Counted from the first letter of the stretch, positions 8,913-19,153 are shown. The stretch is 28,609 nt of DNA from an uncultured Erysipelotrichaceae bacterium (GCA_902796215.1 CADBNY010000151.1:1-28609), one strand, 5' to 3'. A program made the numbers and translations. The notes: a model not told the origin generated them from the letters alone.

Positions 8913-11900
8913 CTACGATGTTTTTTTATGAATAATAATATACTTTGTTTCACTATCAATTAATTGATTATTATCATATAATTTAAAGACTATTCGATAA
9001 GTTCCACTCGTTAAAGATGTCTGTAAATTAAAGTCCAAATTCCTTTCTGTTAAACCGTTCATATCTAGATACATTTCATTTCCACTAGCAGGAATAAAAG
9101 CATTACTAAATACAGACCTAAATGGTATTGAAGTAAATTGAGTAGAATCAATAGAATCAATATCGCGTTTAAATAATTCTACTCTAAGATTTGGATTAGT
9201 AAGTTGGGAATTATACTTAATATGATAAGTATTAGTAGTTCTACCATTCATATTTTTCCCTGTTTCTCCATCAATAATCTTATCCTTATCATCACCATCT
9301 ACAATAATAGAATTATCAGCACTTACAACATAAACAGTAAATTCTTGAGTAATAGAATTTTCATAAATAGAATTATGCAAGCCATCATCAGAAGCAAATA
9401 ATGTATATCGAATTTTATATTCGCCTGGAGGTAAATCTTTTGTAACAGTAATTTTCGGTAACTTATCCAAATTAGATACTTTATTTGCTAACTTAATTCT
9501 AAAAATTCCATCCCCATCAGCAAAATATTCATGATTATCTAACATGATACTAGTACCAGTTAACATACTAGAACTAACAGAAACTCCCTCTTTATCAAAT
9601 AACGAAACATTAAGCCCCATACTACTTGATTCATAATTAGTATCAATTACAGATTGTCTATTTTCTGTTTCATTATATTGAATTCTAGTAGAATAATTAA
9701 ATTCATCAGCTACATTGTAATATAAATAAGAATCATTATTGGCAAAAGTCTGATTTAAGACAATATTACTGCTATCATAAGTATTATAAACCATTAAAGA
9801 TTCTCGAATACCTAAAACATTAAAAACAGTACGATCTTCATGATTACGAAGTTCAAATAACATAGAATTACCTAAATGTTCACCAGTAGTACCTGTTTCT
9901 TTAAAATCAAAAATAAACATAAATTCTTCATCAACTAAACCAACCTCATCATCATAATAAGCATGATTAGCTACCCTATCATCGTAAGTATTATTATTAC
10001 TAGTACTGCCCATTTTAATAAAATTATGAAGTGGATAAACAATTTCATTATATAAAGATAATTGCTCTAAAGAATCATTGTATATATCTTGAGTTACCGT
10101 AAAATAGTAATAATCTGGTCGATTAGGATTTGCTCCATAATCAAGCATAGTAATCATTGTATTAACTGGTAATGGATGATTCGTAGTTAAAACATGATAA
10201 TTTTGATTATTATTTCCATATACACTTTCAAATCTATCATTCCAAGCAGTTAATGAATAATATGTACTAAATTGACTCTGATTTGTAATATTAACTAAAG
10301 TTGATGAAGGCATTTCATACCTTTTATCATATGTGATAGAAGCATCATAACTATCTGCATCATCATATTTTCTAGAAACTAAATTAATAGTAACCGTAAT
10401 AAATTTAATATCATATTCAATAGCATTCTTAGGAATATCCGCCCTTAAAGTTAAAACTACAGTACCAAGTCTTCCCTGGCTATTAATATTTTTAGCATGA
10501 TACAAGTAAAACATCAAAGATGGAGGAAGTTTTCTACTATCTGTTTTATAATTCTTATCACCTGTCAAAGCTCCCCCATTTTGACTCAATAATTTAGTCA
10601 CACCATAACCGGTCCATTCTTGCGTTTCAGCCTTCATTGAAAGACCTAAAATATTATTTGCTTGTTCTTCTGTTCGACCAACCCTAGGAACATTATTCGA
10701 ATCCACTAATTGAATTTCACTATTTAATCCACTACTATCAAATCCAATAGCACTAAAGTTTGTATTACCATCAGCAAAATCAATCAATTGCAATTCATAA
10801 GTACCTAAAGAAGAATACTTAGAAGCAGTCAAAGTAAATTCATAATTAATAGCTTCAAAACCAATAATCCAACGATAACCAGTTTCACCAATTGGACTAG
10901 GATCAATATAAGCAACCTTAACTTCTGTATAATCATCATTTAAATAATTTGAATAAAAACCATCTTTTGTAATATCATGATCAACATTATGAAGACCAAT
11001 AACATAACTACCTCCAACAATTTCTAATCCAGCATTACCAGTATCACCATAACTTAAATCATCATCATATAAACCATAACGATAAGTACCATTATCATAA
11101 CCAGTATACATTCCAAAGAAAGTCATACCAGTTACTCTACCATAAGCAGTAGCAGCTTGATTAATTGTAACATTCAAATTTTGACCAGGTAGCATATAAA
11201 TCCGATTATCAACGTTTTTAGTAACACTTCCACTATCATCATCAATATCAACAATCGCTGGTACTAATGTACCATTAGAGTCAACTCCACTATATAATTC
11301 TTTTAATAAATTTGCATTATGTTGAAGTAATAAAACACTATCATTTTTCAATATTAATTTATCAATAATATTAAATGAATATAAAATATCAGAATACTCA
11401 TTTGTTCTATCCGTTGTACCTTCAAGCTCAATAACAGAATGATCAATAATCAAATTATTAGCTCTTTGAATAGAAATGCTTTTATTAGGAGCTTCTCTAG
11501 AACCTAAATTTTTAATAGTAATATTAGAAGTTCCTGAAGAACTAGAAGCATTTCCAGAACCAAAAACACTACCATTTATAATAAAATCATGATTATTATT
11601 TATATATCCTGTACCATTAATATCAACATCAATTCCTCGGGTAACGGAGATAAATGTCCAGTCATAAGTCTCACTACCACTAGCATTACTCTCTCCTCCA
11701 CCAAAAACTGTTCCACTAATATGAATATCATCTTCATGAAGTCCATTGACAGATACAGAACTAGTACCAATGTTAGTATCAGTTGTTCCATAAACAATAG
11801 CCATTTTAGGTCCGCCATAAACATTTCCATGAATAATTCCTCCTACAAGATTAACAGTAGCAATAGAATTACCCACACTTTGAAGTCCAGTACTTGCAGC

Positions 11901-14900
11901 ATTCCCGGAACCAAACACACACCCTGCATTAGGAGCTTCACTAGAAGATGTTCCAATTTCTGATTCACCATCAATAGTAATTGTTGAATTTGTATGAACT
12001 ATCGCAGTACTACCATTACCTCCCGCAAAAGCATTACCTAAAATATGCGCATCAGTTACAAAAACACTAGTACTACCTTCAACAACTCCTTCACATCCAC
12101 CACCATAAATATTATTAGAAACAGTAGAACCATCAATATCTAAAATAGTATTACCCGTAACACCAGCAGCATTACCACCACCATAGATATCAACAGCTGT
12201 AATAGAACCAACTATTACATTCGAAGAGCCAACACTAGCCTCGTTTCCTCCACCATAAATAGTGTGAACATCACCTTCATTTGCCGTAACATTAGCAACA
12301 CTTGTAATACCTCCATGATTATTTCCCCCATAAACAGTTTGAACTCTAATATTAGAGTTTGGAATATTATTACCTAACTGAACATTAGATGTTCCAACAT
12401 TACCAGATTCGTTAGAACCTCCAAATAAATTTGTAATTGTACCACTTTCAACTAATACATTTGTATTTGTAACTCCGGCTTCATTCCCTCCGCCATAAAC
12501 ATTTGTTATATTACCACTATGAATATTAACTTGACTTATTAAAGAAGAAGCATTGTCTCCTCCACCAAACAAATTCGTAATAGAAGAAGATGTAGTATCA
12601 ATATTAGCATTAGTCGTTTGTCCACCTTGATTATTCCCACCATATGCACTTGTTATAATAGAATTGACAATATAAACATTACCTGTACCTACAGTTCCAG
12701 AAACATTAGAACCACCAAAGACAGAGTGAAGAGTATCATTTTGAATACTTATATTAGTAGCCGTAAGACCAGCTTTTCGTCCTCCACCATAAACATCTTG
12801 TAAAGAATCAATATACCCAGAAACAGTAACATTACTAGTACCAGAAGAAGCTTCATTTCCTCCACCATAAATATCCCCACTAATATCGGCCCCAACAATT
12901 GAAACATTAGTAATACCTGTCGAACCATCTATATTATTACCACCATAAATATCTGTGACAGAACCGCTAGTTACTGTAACATGAGACTCTGTAACTGTTC
13001 CTAATAAATTAGAGCCACCATATAAATTGCCCGTAATAGTAGAACCCTGTAAATAAATATTAGTGCTATCTTGATTAACTTCATTTCCTCCACCAAAGGC
13101 ATTACCAATCGAGCCAGCGTTTAAATAAACAACATCTCCACTACTAGGCTTTCCAGAGGCATCAAAACCACCAAAAACTTTACCAATAGAGCCACCATTA
13201 ATATTAACAGTAATATTTCCCAATACATAAGGAGTAGCAGAATCACTTCCTTGAGCTCCACCAAATACACTGCCATGAATAATACCATTAGAAACAGTAA
13301 CATTAGTATTTCCACTAGCTGTTCCACTTATTGATGTTGCATTAACAGTTCCATAAGCACTACCACCATAAACAGAACCATTTATTACAGGATGATTAGA
13401 TACAGTATTACCAATAGACACATTAATATTTGAATTAACAAATGTATTATTTCCTCGTCCACCACCATAAACATTATGTGTAATATTTCCATCATAAACA
13501 TTTACATTTACTGAACCATAGACAAGTCCTTCATTATCAGAACCACCATATATATTTCCGATTGTTCCGCCATATATATTAATATTAATAGCACTAGATG
13601 AAGAATAATTAGATTGACCAAATCCAGCTGATTTAGAACCACCATATATATTTCCGATTGTTCCATCTAAAACGTCAATGCTAGAAGAGGATGTATTAGC
13701 ATATTGTGTACCAGCAGAGCCATAATTACCTCCCCCATAAACACTCTTATTAATCGTTGCTCCATTAACAATAATACGTGAATTATAAACAGTTCCTTTA
13801 GATGTAGAACTAGTATTACCTCCACCAGCTCCAAAAACAGAACCAGATTCTACTCCATACAAAGAATCTATCTCATCACCAATAACTGCATCTCCACCAA
13901 TATAAATAAGAGTAGAACCTTGGACAATTCCATCAGTAGTATCGGAAGAACTATAACTATCAGAACCACCAAGAACACTATAATGAACTTTACCACCTGT
14001 AACATTTATAATACGGTTCCCTTGCGTAGTAGAATGACCAGCTCCTCCATATATTTGCCGAACCTCTCCTCCAGACATTCCAATAAAAGAAGAATTAGAA
14101 TTCACTCCACCATTAAAACCATAGCCACCTAAAGCAATATTAATATATCCACCTTCAATTTTTACACCTGTAATGGATTCTACATTTTTTGCATTCCATC
14201 CACCAATATATAAGCCGGTAGTACCATCAGTATTAGCAGTACCATTTGTATTAAAACCATAAGTACCACTTTTCAAAGTTGTAAAAGATAAAAACAAACT
14301 ATTACTTCCTGCTATATTAGAACCACTATTGGAATAACCATCAAGACCAATTAAAAACCATAAATTATCATTATTATTATTAATTCGATCATAATCATTA
14401 CCTAATATATTTTCCTCATTGAAAGTTGATGTATAACTTCCACTATCTGCACCACAACGATATGAATAATATCTTCCAGTTTCAATAATAACCTTAAAAG
14501 AACCACTAGCACCATTAGTAACGCCACCATAAATTCGATTTGCTATCAAATAATTATTACCTCTACTGCTAGTTACATTTCGCCCAATTTTGAAATTATT
14601 AGAATTTGCATAAATTGCATAAGTTGTTGGTTCATCACCCATAGAATAATTATTTGAACCAGTACCACTAGGACCATAAAATTTAATATTTTCAATAACC
14701 AAGTCATTTCGAACAGTCAAGTTATTTGCAACATTAAGAATTCCTGTAGGATTAGTTGCATTAATATCCGTACCCGTTACAGTAAAAGGTCTATTCACTG
14801 AAATATTAGAAATAGTTAAAGCTGTAGTACTAGTATATCTAAAAATATTAGTATCCCTAGTAACTAAATAAAAATATTTATTAGAATCAACAATTTCTCC

Positions 14901-17240
14901 ATTATATTCTTCAACTATTGATATCGAATTACCTCGTGAATTTAAAATTGAATCATTATACCTAATCATTTTATAGGCTGTAGTACAATCACTAGCATTA
15001 GTACATAAAGTACCATCACCAGTATAATATTCTTTAGTACTAATCATATCAATAGTTGGATTACTTACTTGATAAAATAAGCCTACTGTACTTTGTCCAG
15101 CTAATAAAGTAGTTGTATAATGTGGAATTTGTACAGTATCCCAATAACTACCATTAGAATCAGCAATAAGATTCATATAATTAGAACTGTAATAATATAT
15201 TGTTGTCTCTGTATTATCCCCTGTCGAATCAAAATCCGGTATAAATGTATAATTACCACCAGTATATTCAGTACCACCAACAATACCACTTGTATTTGCT
15301 CTATATGCATAACAAGTACTATATCTAGGGCATCTTGTCCTAGTACCACCAACATAAGTATAAGTAGTGCCAGACTGATTTGTCTTATACCAAATTCCTT
15401 GTGGCATATACCCATCATTCCGCACATAAGAACGAGTATATTCCATTATTGCATAATTCTGTTTCCAATAAGCTCTTCCTTGTATATTTTCCTGTGTATA
15501 ATGAGAAAATGTACTCATAGATTGCATGGACATAGAATTAAAATCACTAATATCACTAGCACTAGTCACAACATCAGCTTTAATCCAACTAGCATTTAAA
15601 TGAACAATAATCTGACTTCCACCATCCACAGGAATATCCATATATCTGGTATAATTATTCTTTTGAAATCCAATTATTGAACTCTCACATATAGAATCAC
15701 TAGAATCACTATTTTGATTGCACACCCATCCATTAAATCCATATTCAGAATTATTAATGTAAGGTCTCTTAGAAAAAGGATTATCAATAAGTTCAATATG
15801 AATATAATGATTACCATTATTATCAGTTAATAAATTACCATTAGAATCTCTCTCTAATCCATAATATTTATAATAAACAAACTTATTAATAGCGTTTTCC
15901 CCATTTATAGGAGACATAAATCCTACTAAAGAACTATTATTAATATCAACACCATCATAAATCATTTGTACTTTTACCAAATATTGATCATCATAATATC
16001 CAGAATTAGTACTAGGTAAAGAAGTATTTTGAACCTCTGTATAATTTAAACCCTTTAAATAATTATAATCACTATCAAGATCATTAACATAAAAAGTATT
16101 TCCTGATAAACCAGATTCATGAGTAATAATATTACTAGCACCCCTAGTTTTAATAGAAAAAGAAAAATTACTAGGTTTATTATCAATAATATTACTTGTT
16201 TTTATTTCTTCTTGCTTAACATATTTTTTCAAAACAAATTGATTTTCTTCATAATCCCAATAATAATCACTACTATTATCATTAAATTCAGAAAGTAACA
16301 TTTCATTAGAAATTTCCTCTCCATCTAAATATATTTTTCCATCTTTCACAATATAATGATTTTTAATTTTCTCATTAGAAAAATTAATATCATTCATATT
16401 TTCCAATGAAATATTACTAATAACTTTATATACTTCTCCATCTATATTATCCGATATAATACCAATTTTATTATTATTATCATTTCCTCTAATTCTTCCT
16501 ATAAAGGATAAATTATACAAATAACTATTAGAAGAAACACTTTTAGTAAATACACCAATATAATTATCACTACTTTTTATATCAGCATAATCAATGTCAA
16601 AATCAATAAATGATAAATTTACAAATTGGCTTAATACAGTTTCTTCATTTATATTCTCATCTTTACTGTTTGTTAAAACTTCTCCAATAAATCCTACAAT
16701 ATTATTATATTCATGCTCATTTTCATTTACTTTTATTTTAAAAGACCTCATTATAAGATTTTCAATACTAGCATTTTCAACTTTAGTAAATAAAGAATAA
16801 TATGAAACATTATCTACAACAACATCTTGATCTATTTTTAAATTATAAATAGAATGTCCCCTACCATCAAAATGTCCTTTAAATATTTTATCCTCTTCCG
16901 AAGTAATAATACCAATACTAGAAAAGCTCTTATCTCCAAAATTTAAATCACCATCTAAAGCATAATATTTATCTTGATAAGATTGATAATTATCTCCTTC
17001 TATTAAATTTTTAAAATAAACAAATTCCTCTGGACTTCTAATAATATATGGATTTTCACTTGTTCCATTTCCAGATTCAAATTGAGTTGCTACTGAAACT
17101 CCATCCCATGGTTGCTCCAACGAACCAAAAGTAAGTTTACCCGTTAAAAGTAAATAAATAAAAAAAGAAAAAGAAAGCACAATAAAAGCAATGAAAAAAG
17201 AAATAAAGGTTTTTTTATAAATTTCATTTCTTATTTTCAC
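8913..17240 (-). CDS. Giant surface protein / adhesin, ~2,775 aa: N-terminal TM or SipW-class signal, GLUG-like region, (Y/F)GG beta-solenoid repeats, C-terminal Ig-like domains
   Basis: Start probably GTG 17240 (RBS GGTGG; the ORF track starts at 17249). LTFG|SL follows the TM. GNGTSENPYII and FKGHFDGRGHSIYNL are GLUG-type adhesin motifs. There are about 30 xx(Y/F)GG repeats. C-terminal LPPGEYKIRY and LTSGTYRIVF. No LPxTG or C-terminal TM. Confidence 0.8.
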   Translation of the reverse strand: MKIRNEIYKKTFISFFIAFIVLSFSFFIYLLLTGKLTFGSLEQPWDGVSVATQFESGNGTSENPYIIRSPEEFVYFKNLIEGDNYQSYQDKYYALDGDLNFGDKSFSSIGIITSEEDKIFKGHFDGRGHSIYNLKIDQDVVVDNVSYYSLFTKVENASIENLIMRSFKIKVNENEHEYNNIVGFIGEVLTNSKDENINEETVLSQFVNLSFIDFDIDYADIKSSDNYIGVFTKSVSSNSYLYNLSFIGRIRGNDNNNKIGIISDNIDGEVYKVISNISLENMNDINFSNEKIKNHYIVKDGKIYLDGEEISNEMLLSEFNDNSSDYYWDYEENQFVLKKYVKQEEIKTSNIIDNKPSNFSFSIKTRGASNIITHESGLSGNTFYVNDLDSDYNYLKGLNYTEVQNTSLPSTNSGYYDDQYLVKVQMIYDGVDINNSSLVGFMSPINGENAINKFVYYKYYGLERDSNGNLLTDNNGNHYIHIELIDNPFSKRPYINNSEYGFNGWVCNQNSDSSDSICESSIIGFQKNNYTRYMDIPVDGGSQIIVHLNASWIKADVVTSASDISDFNSMSMQSMSTFSHYTQENIQGRAYWKQNYAIMEYTRSYVRNDGYMPQGIWYKTNQSGTTYTYVGGTRTRCPRYSTCYAYRANTSGIVGGTEYTGGNYTFIPDFDSTGDNTETTIYYYSSNYMNLIADSNGSYWDTVQIPHYTTTLLAGQSTVGLFYQVSNPTIDMISTKEYYTGDGTLCTNASDCTTAYKMIRYNDSILNSRGNSISIVEEYNGEIVDSNKYFYLVTRDTNIFRYTSTTALTISNISVNRPFTVTGTDINATNPTGILNVANNLTVRNDLVIENIKFYGPSGTGSNNYSMGDEPTTYAIYANSNNFKIGRNVTSSRGNNYLIANRIYGGVTNGASGSFKVIIETGRYYSYRCGADSGSYTSTFNEENILGNDYDRINNNNDNLWFLIGLDGYSNSGSNIAGSNSLFLSFTTLKSGTYGFNTNGTANTDGTTGLYIGGWNAKNVESITGVKIEGGYINIALGGYGFNGGVNSNSSFIGMSGGEVRQIYGGAGHSTTQGNRIINVTGGKVHYSVLGGSDSYSSSDTTDGIVQGSTLIYIGGDAVIGDEIDSLYGVESGSVFGAGGGNTSSTSKGTVYNSRIIVNGATINKSVYGGGNYGSAGTQYANTSSSSIDVLDGTIGNIYGGSKSAGFGQSNYSSSSAININIYGGTIGNIYGGSDNEGLVYGSVNVNVYDGNITHNVYGGGRGNNTFVNSNINVSIGNTVSNHPVINGSVYGGSAYGTVNATSISGTASGNTNVTVSNGIIHGSVFGGAQGSDSATPYVLGNITVNINGGSIGKVFGGFDASGKPSSGDVVYLNAGSIGNAFGGGNEVNQDSTNIYLQGSTITGNLYGGSNLLGTVTESHVTVTSGSVTDIYGGNNIDGSTGITNVSIVGADISGDIYGGGNEASSGTSNVTVSGYIDSLQDVYGGGRKAGLTATNISIQNDTLHSVFGGSNVSGTVGTGNVYIVNSIITSAYGGNNQGGQTTNANIDTTSSSITNLFGGGDNASSLISQVNIHSGNITNVYGGGNEAGVTNTNVLVESGTITNLFGGSNESGNVGTSNVQLGNNIPNSNIRVQTVYGGNNHGGITSVANVTANEGDVHTIYGGGNEASVGSSNVIVGSITAVDIYGGGNAAGVTGNTILDIDGSTVSNNIYGGGCEGVVEGSTSVFVTDAHILGNAFAGGNGSTAIVHTNSTITIDGESEIGTSSSEAPNAGCVFGSGNAASTGLQSVGNSIATVNLVGGIIHGNVYGGPKMAIVYGTTDTNIGTSSVSVNGLHEDDIHISGTVFGGGESNASGSETYDWTFISVTRGIDVDINGTGYINNNHDFIINGSVFGSGNASSSSGTSNITIKNLGSREAPNKSISIQRANNLIIDHSVIELEGTTDRTNEYSDILYSFNIIDKLILKNDSVLLLQHNANLLKELYSGVDSNGTLVPAIVDIDDDSGSVTKNVDNRIYMLPGQNLNVTINQAATAYGRVTGMTFFGMYTGYDNGTYRYGLYDDDLSYGDTGNAGLEIVGGSYVIGLHNVDHDITKDGFYSNYLNDDYTEVKVAYIDPSPIGETGYRWIIGFEAINYEFTLTASKYSSLGTYELQLIDFADGNTNFSAIGFDSSGLNSEIQLVDSNNVPRVGRTEEQANNILGLSMKAETQEWTGYGVTKLLSQNGGALTGDKNYKTDSRKLPPSLMFYLYHAKNINSQGRLGTVVLTLRADIPKNAIEYDIKFITVTINLVSRKYDDADSYDASITYDKRYEMPSSTLVNITNQSQFSTYYSLTAWNDRFESVYGNNNQNYHVLTTNHPLPVNTMITMLDYGANPNRPDYYYFTVTQDIYNDSLEQLSLYNEIVYPLHNFIKMGSTSNNNTYDDRVANHAYYDDEVGLVDEEFMFIFDFKETGTTGEHLGNSMLFELRNHEDRTVFNVLGIRESLMVYNTYDSSNIVLNQTFANNDSYLYYNVADEFNYSTRIQYNETENRQSVIDTNYESSSMGLNVSLFDKEGVSVSSSMLTGTSIMLDNHEYFADGDGIFRIKLANKVSNLDKLPKITVTKDLPPGEYKIRYTLFASDDGLHNSIYENSITQEFTVYVVSADNSIIVDGDDKDKIIDGETGKNMNGRTTNTYHIKYNSQLTNPNLRVELFKRDIDSIDSTQFTSIPFRSVFSNAFIPASGNEMYLDMNGLTERNLDFNLQTSLTSGTYRIVFKLYDNNQLIDSETKYIIIHKKTS
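11550..14540 (-). repeat. About 30 degenerate protein repeats of roughly 25-30 aa, consensus I.xx(V/I)(Y/F)GG(G/S)N.x.V.G.T.V.I.xG
   Basis: Read from the translation: NIYGGSK, NIYGGSD, NVYGGGR, SVYGGSA, SVFGGAQ, NAFGGGN, DIYGGNN, NLFGGGD, TIYGGGN and others. Confidence 0.9.
13539..13664. repeat. Exact 30-bp direct repeat pair within the adhesin gene
   Basis: agaaccaccatatatatttccgattgttcc at 13539-13568 and 13635-13664, encoding GTIGNIYGGS twice. Confidence 0.9.
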
Positions 17241-17254
17241 TGCTACCACCCACT

Positions 17255-18493
17255 TTAATAATTATGTATTTTTACAATACGTTCAATTTTATCTAATTCA
17301 AATACTTTCTTATTATCAAACTTATTTGATATTTTTTGCATAAAAGTAATTTGATTTTTTATCTGTTTGATAGCATATTTATCAGAAGTAGATATTTTTT
17401 TAAAATAATTACCTTGATCTACCAACACTTTATATTTTAATATTTTATAAATACCATCAAACATTTCTTGATCATTATAAAGAATAGAATACGTTAATAA
17501 TTGTAAAAAGATATAAACAGGCATATGATATATACGATTACGTACAATTTCTGTCAATCCAACTCTTTCTAAATCATAATCATATAATTCTTGAAATGGT
17601 GGATTATTTATTTCTTCAACAAAATATTTAGTATCTGAAACAAGTAAAATATTACAAAGTTTATAGATATATTGATATTTTTGTAACCATTTTTTAGTCA
17701 TTCTAATTTTAAAAACTTGAGCTTTTTTACATTTTAAAATTGAAGTAACTATATCAATTGTTTCCTTCTCTTTAAGATGATCATTACCTGATACATTTTC
17801 ATGAAGTGAAGATTCAATATCATCTAAAATCTCTATATCAGATGTTTTTTCTAATTCTTTCTCATGATTTTTTTCTAAAGTTTCAATTTCTTGTAATGGA
17901 ATTGTTACTGTTAAACCAGATGGTGCTTCCTCTTTTCGATTACTAGGTGATAAGAATATATCATCAGGTACTTTCTTTTGCTCATCCTTTTCTGTTTTTT
18001 TCGTATCTTTTTCCTTCATAATAAACTTACGAACAATACCATCAAAATTAACTAACGCTAAAAGAATAAAAATAATTAAGAAAACAGCAATAGATTTCAA
18101 AATAAAACTTGGAGAAATAGAGCAACAAACCCTACCTATTATTTGATCTTTCGATATTGCCTCATCTACTGAATTATTTACATCACCTTTAGCAATATAA
18201 TCTTCATTATTGATTTGAATTAAACGATGGGTAATAATTTCTCCATCCTTACTCTTATAAGTAATAATATCATTTAAATGAACATCTTTTGTTAATCGAA
18301 TAAAAATAATATCATCAACTTCTATACTACCTGACATAGAACCAGATGCCACTACAAAATAAGTATGTCCAAAAATATTAACATAATCTTTTTTCATAAT
18401 ATCCGTAACAATAAAGGTATATATACATAAAGTCACTAAAAGAACCAAAAAAATAGATGCAACATATTTAAATATGTTCTTAACTTTAGTCAT
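17255..18493 (-). CDS. sipW: SipW-type signal peptidase I with a ~260-aa C-terminal cytoplasmic extension, 412 aa
   Basis: VVASGSMS, DIITY, ITHRLI and KGDVNNSVD are intact. A second TM is followed by a charged/acidic linker and an unrecognised helical domain. Confidence 0.85.
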   Translation of the reverse strand: MTKVKNIFKYVASIFLVLLVTLCIYTFIVTDIMKKDYVNIFGHTYFVVASGSMSGSIEVDDIIFIRLTKDVHLNDIITYKSKDGEIITHRLIQINNEDYIAKGDVNNSVDEAISKDQIIGRVCCSISPSFILKSIAVFLIIFILLALVNFDGIVRKFIMKEKDTKKTEKDEQKKVPDDIFLSPSNRKEEAPSGLTVTIPLQEIETLEKNHEKELEKTSDIEILDDIESSLHENVSGNDHLKEKETIDIVTSILKCKKAQVFKIRMTKKWLQKYQYIYKLCNILLVSDTKYFVEEINNPPFQELYDYDLERVGLTEIVRNRIYHMPVYIFLQLLTYSILYNDQEMFDGIYKILKYKVLVDQGNYFKKISTSDKYAIKQIKNQITFMQKISNKFDNKKVFELDKIERIVKIHNY

Positions 18494-18525
18494 ACAACCA
18501 CCACCTTTACTATTCTTACTATATC

Positions 18526-18534
18526 ATTATAACA
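18526..18534 (-). promoter_or_regulatory. Extended -10 promoter (TGTTATAAT) of the sipW-adhesin-pseudo-sipW operon
   Basis: Plus-strand attataaca at 18526-18534, upstream of RBS AAGGTGG and ATG 18493. Poor -35. Confidence 0.65.
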
Positions 18535-18564
18535 TAGGAAAAAAAATCATAAAAGTGTTTTTAT

Positions 18565-18600
18565 AAAAAAAAACAGTCAATGCATAATACACTGACTGTT
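18565..18600 (-). terminator. Rho-independent terminator closing the T7SS operon
   Basis: Minus strand AACAGTCAGTGTA-TTA-TGCATTGACTGTT running into a long T tract. Confidence 0.85.
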
Positions 18601-18706
18601 AGAAAAATTATCACTTACATGGTCTACACATTATTTGACAATTATCCTTAATATATTTTTATATTATCATGAAAAGATTTATACTTTACACAAAATTATT
18701 TACATA

Positions 18707-19153
18707 CTAGGGATGATTTTGTACTCCACCATTTCCTCCACCAGTACTAAATCCAACTTTAGTATCTGCGTTAAGATCAGCTTCAAGATTTTCATCTTGA
18801 GTCTTGTAAGCAGTTTCAACAGAATTAATAATATCCTGTTCTGCTGCTGTTAAAGCTGCATTAAGATTATTAGCAGTTTCTATAATTCCATCAATAAAAG
18901 TACCAATACCAGCCTGAACTTTTTCACCTTTAATAGCAGCATCATTTTGCGTATTTTGAATTTCTTTAACCTTATTGTCAATATTTGTTTTTAATTCCTC
19001 AATTTTACTAGTAACATTTGTAGCAAATGTTGGTGTAATACCTACACTTCCACCATTATCCGGAAAAGGATTCGTAAAAGATATTATATCCATAGTTTTA
19101 TAAGAATCACGTTTTTCACTAGTAACAGCAGTTCCTTTCATTTGTATCGGCAT
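18707..19153 (-). CDS. WXG100-like T7SS substrate with N-terminal extension, 148 aa
   Basis: Helix-IKG-helix pattern, C-terminal VETAYKTQDENL (YxxxD signal) and a Gly-rich tail. RBS AAGGAGG. Confidence 0.65.
   Translation of the reverse strand: MPIQMKGTAVTSEKRDSYKTMDIISFTNPFPDNGGSVGITPTFATNVTSKIEELKTNIDNKVKEIQNTQNDAAIKGEKVQAGIGTFIDGIIETANNLNAALTAAEQDIINSVETAYKTQDENLEADLNADTKVGFSTGGGNGGVQNHP

Noticed and set aside
532-9401. Other short overlapping ORFs (532, 1167, 3350, 7019, 9204; likewise 16594 and 20741)
   Set aside because: Antisense or out-of-frame to well-supported genes, Ile-rich and low in information.
11589-15599. Short ORFs within the adhesin gene (11589, 11600, 12618, 13121, 13920, 15120, 15173)
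   Set aside because: Shadow or alternative-frame ORFs from biased Gly/Ser/Thr/Asn codons. No RBS or motif noticed, and all fully overlap a long real gene.
18635-18853. Plus-strand 72-aa ORF starting at TTG, and TTGACA as a possible antisense -35
   Set aside because: Overlaps the WXG100-like gene antisense with no RBS. The nearest -10-like hexamer is at 19-bp spacing.
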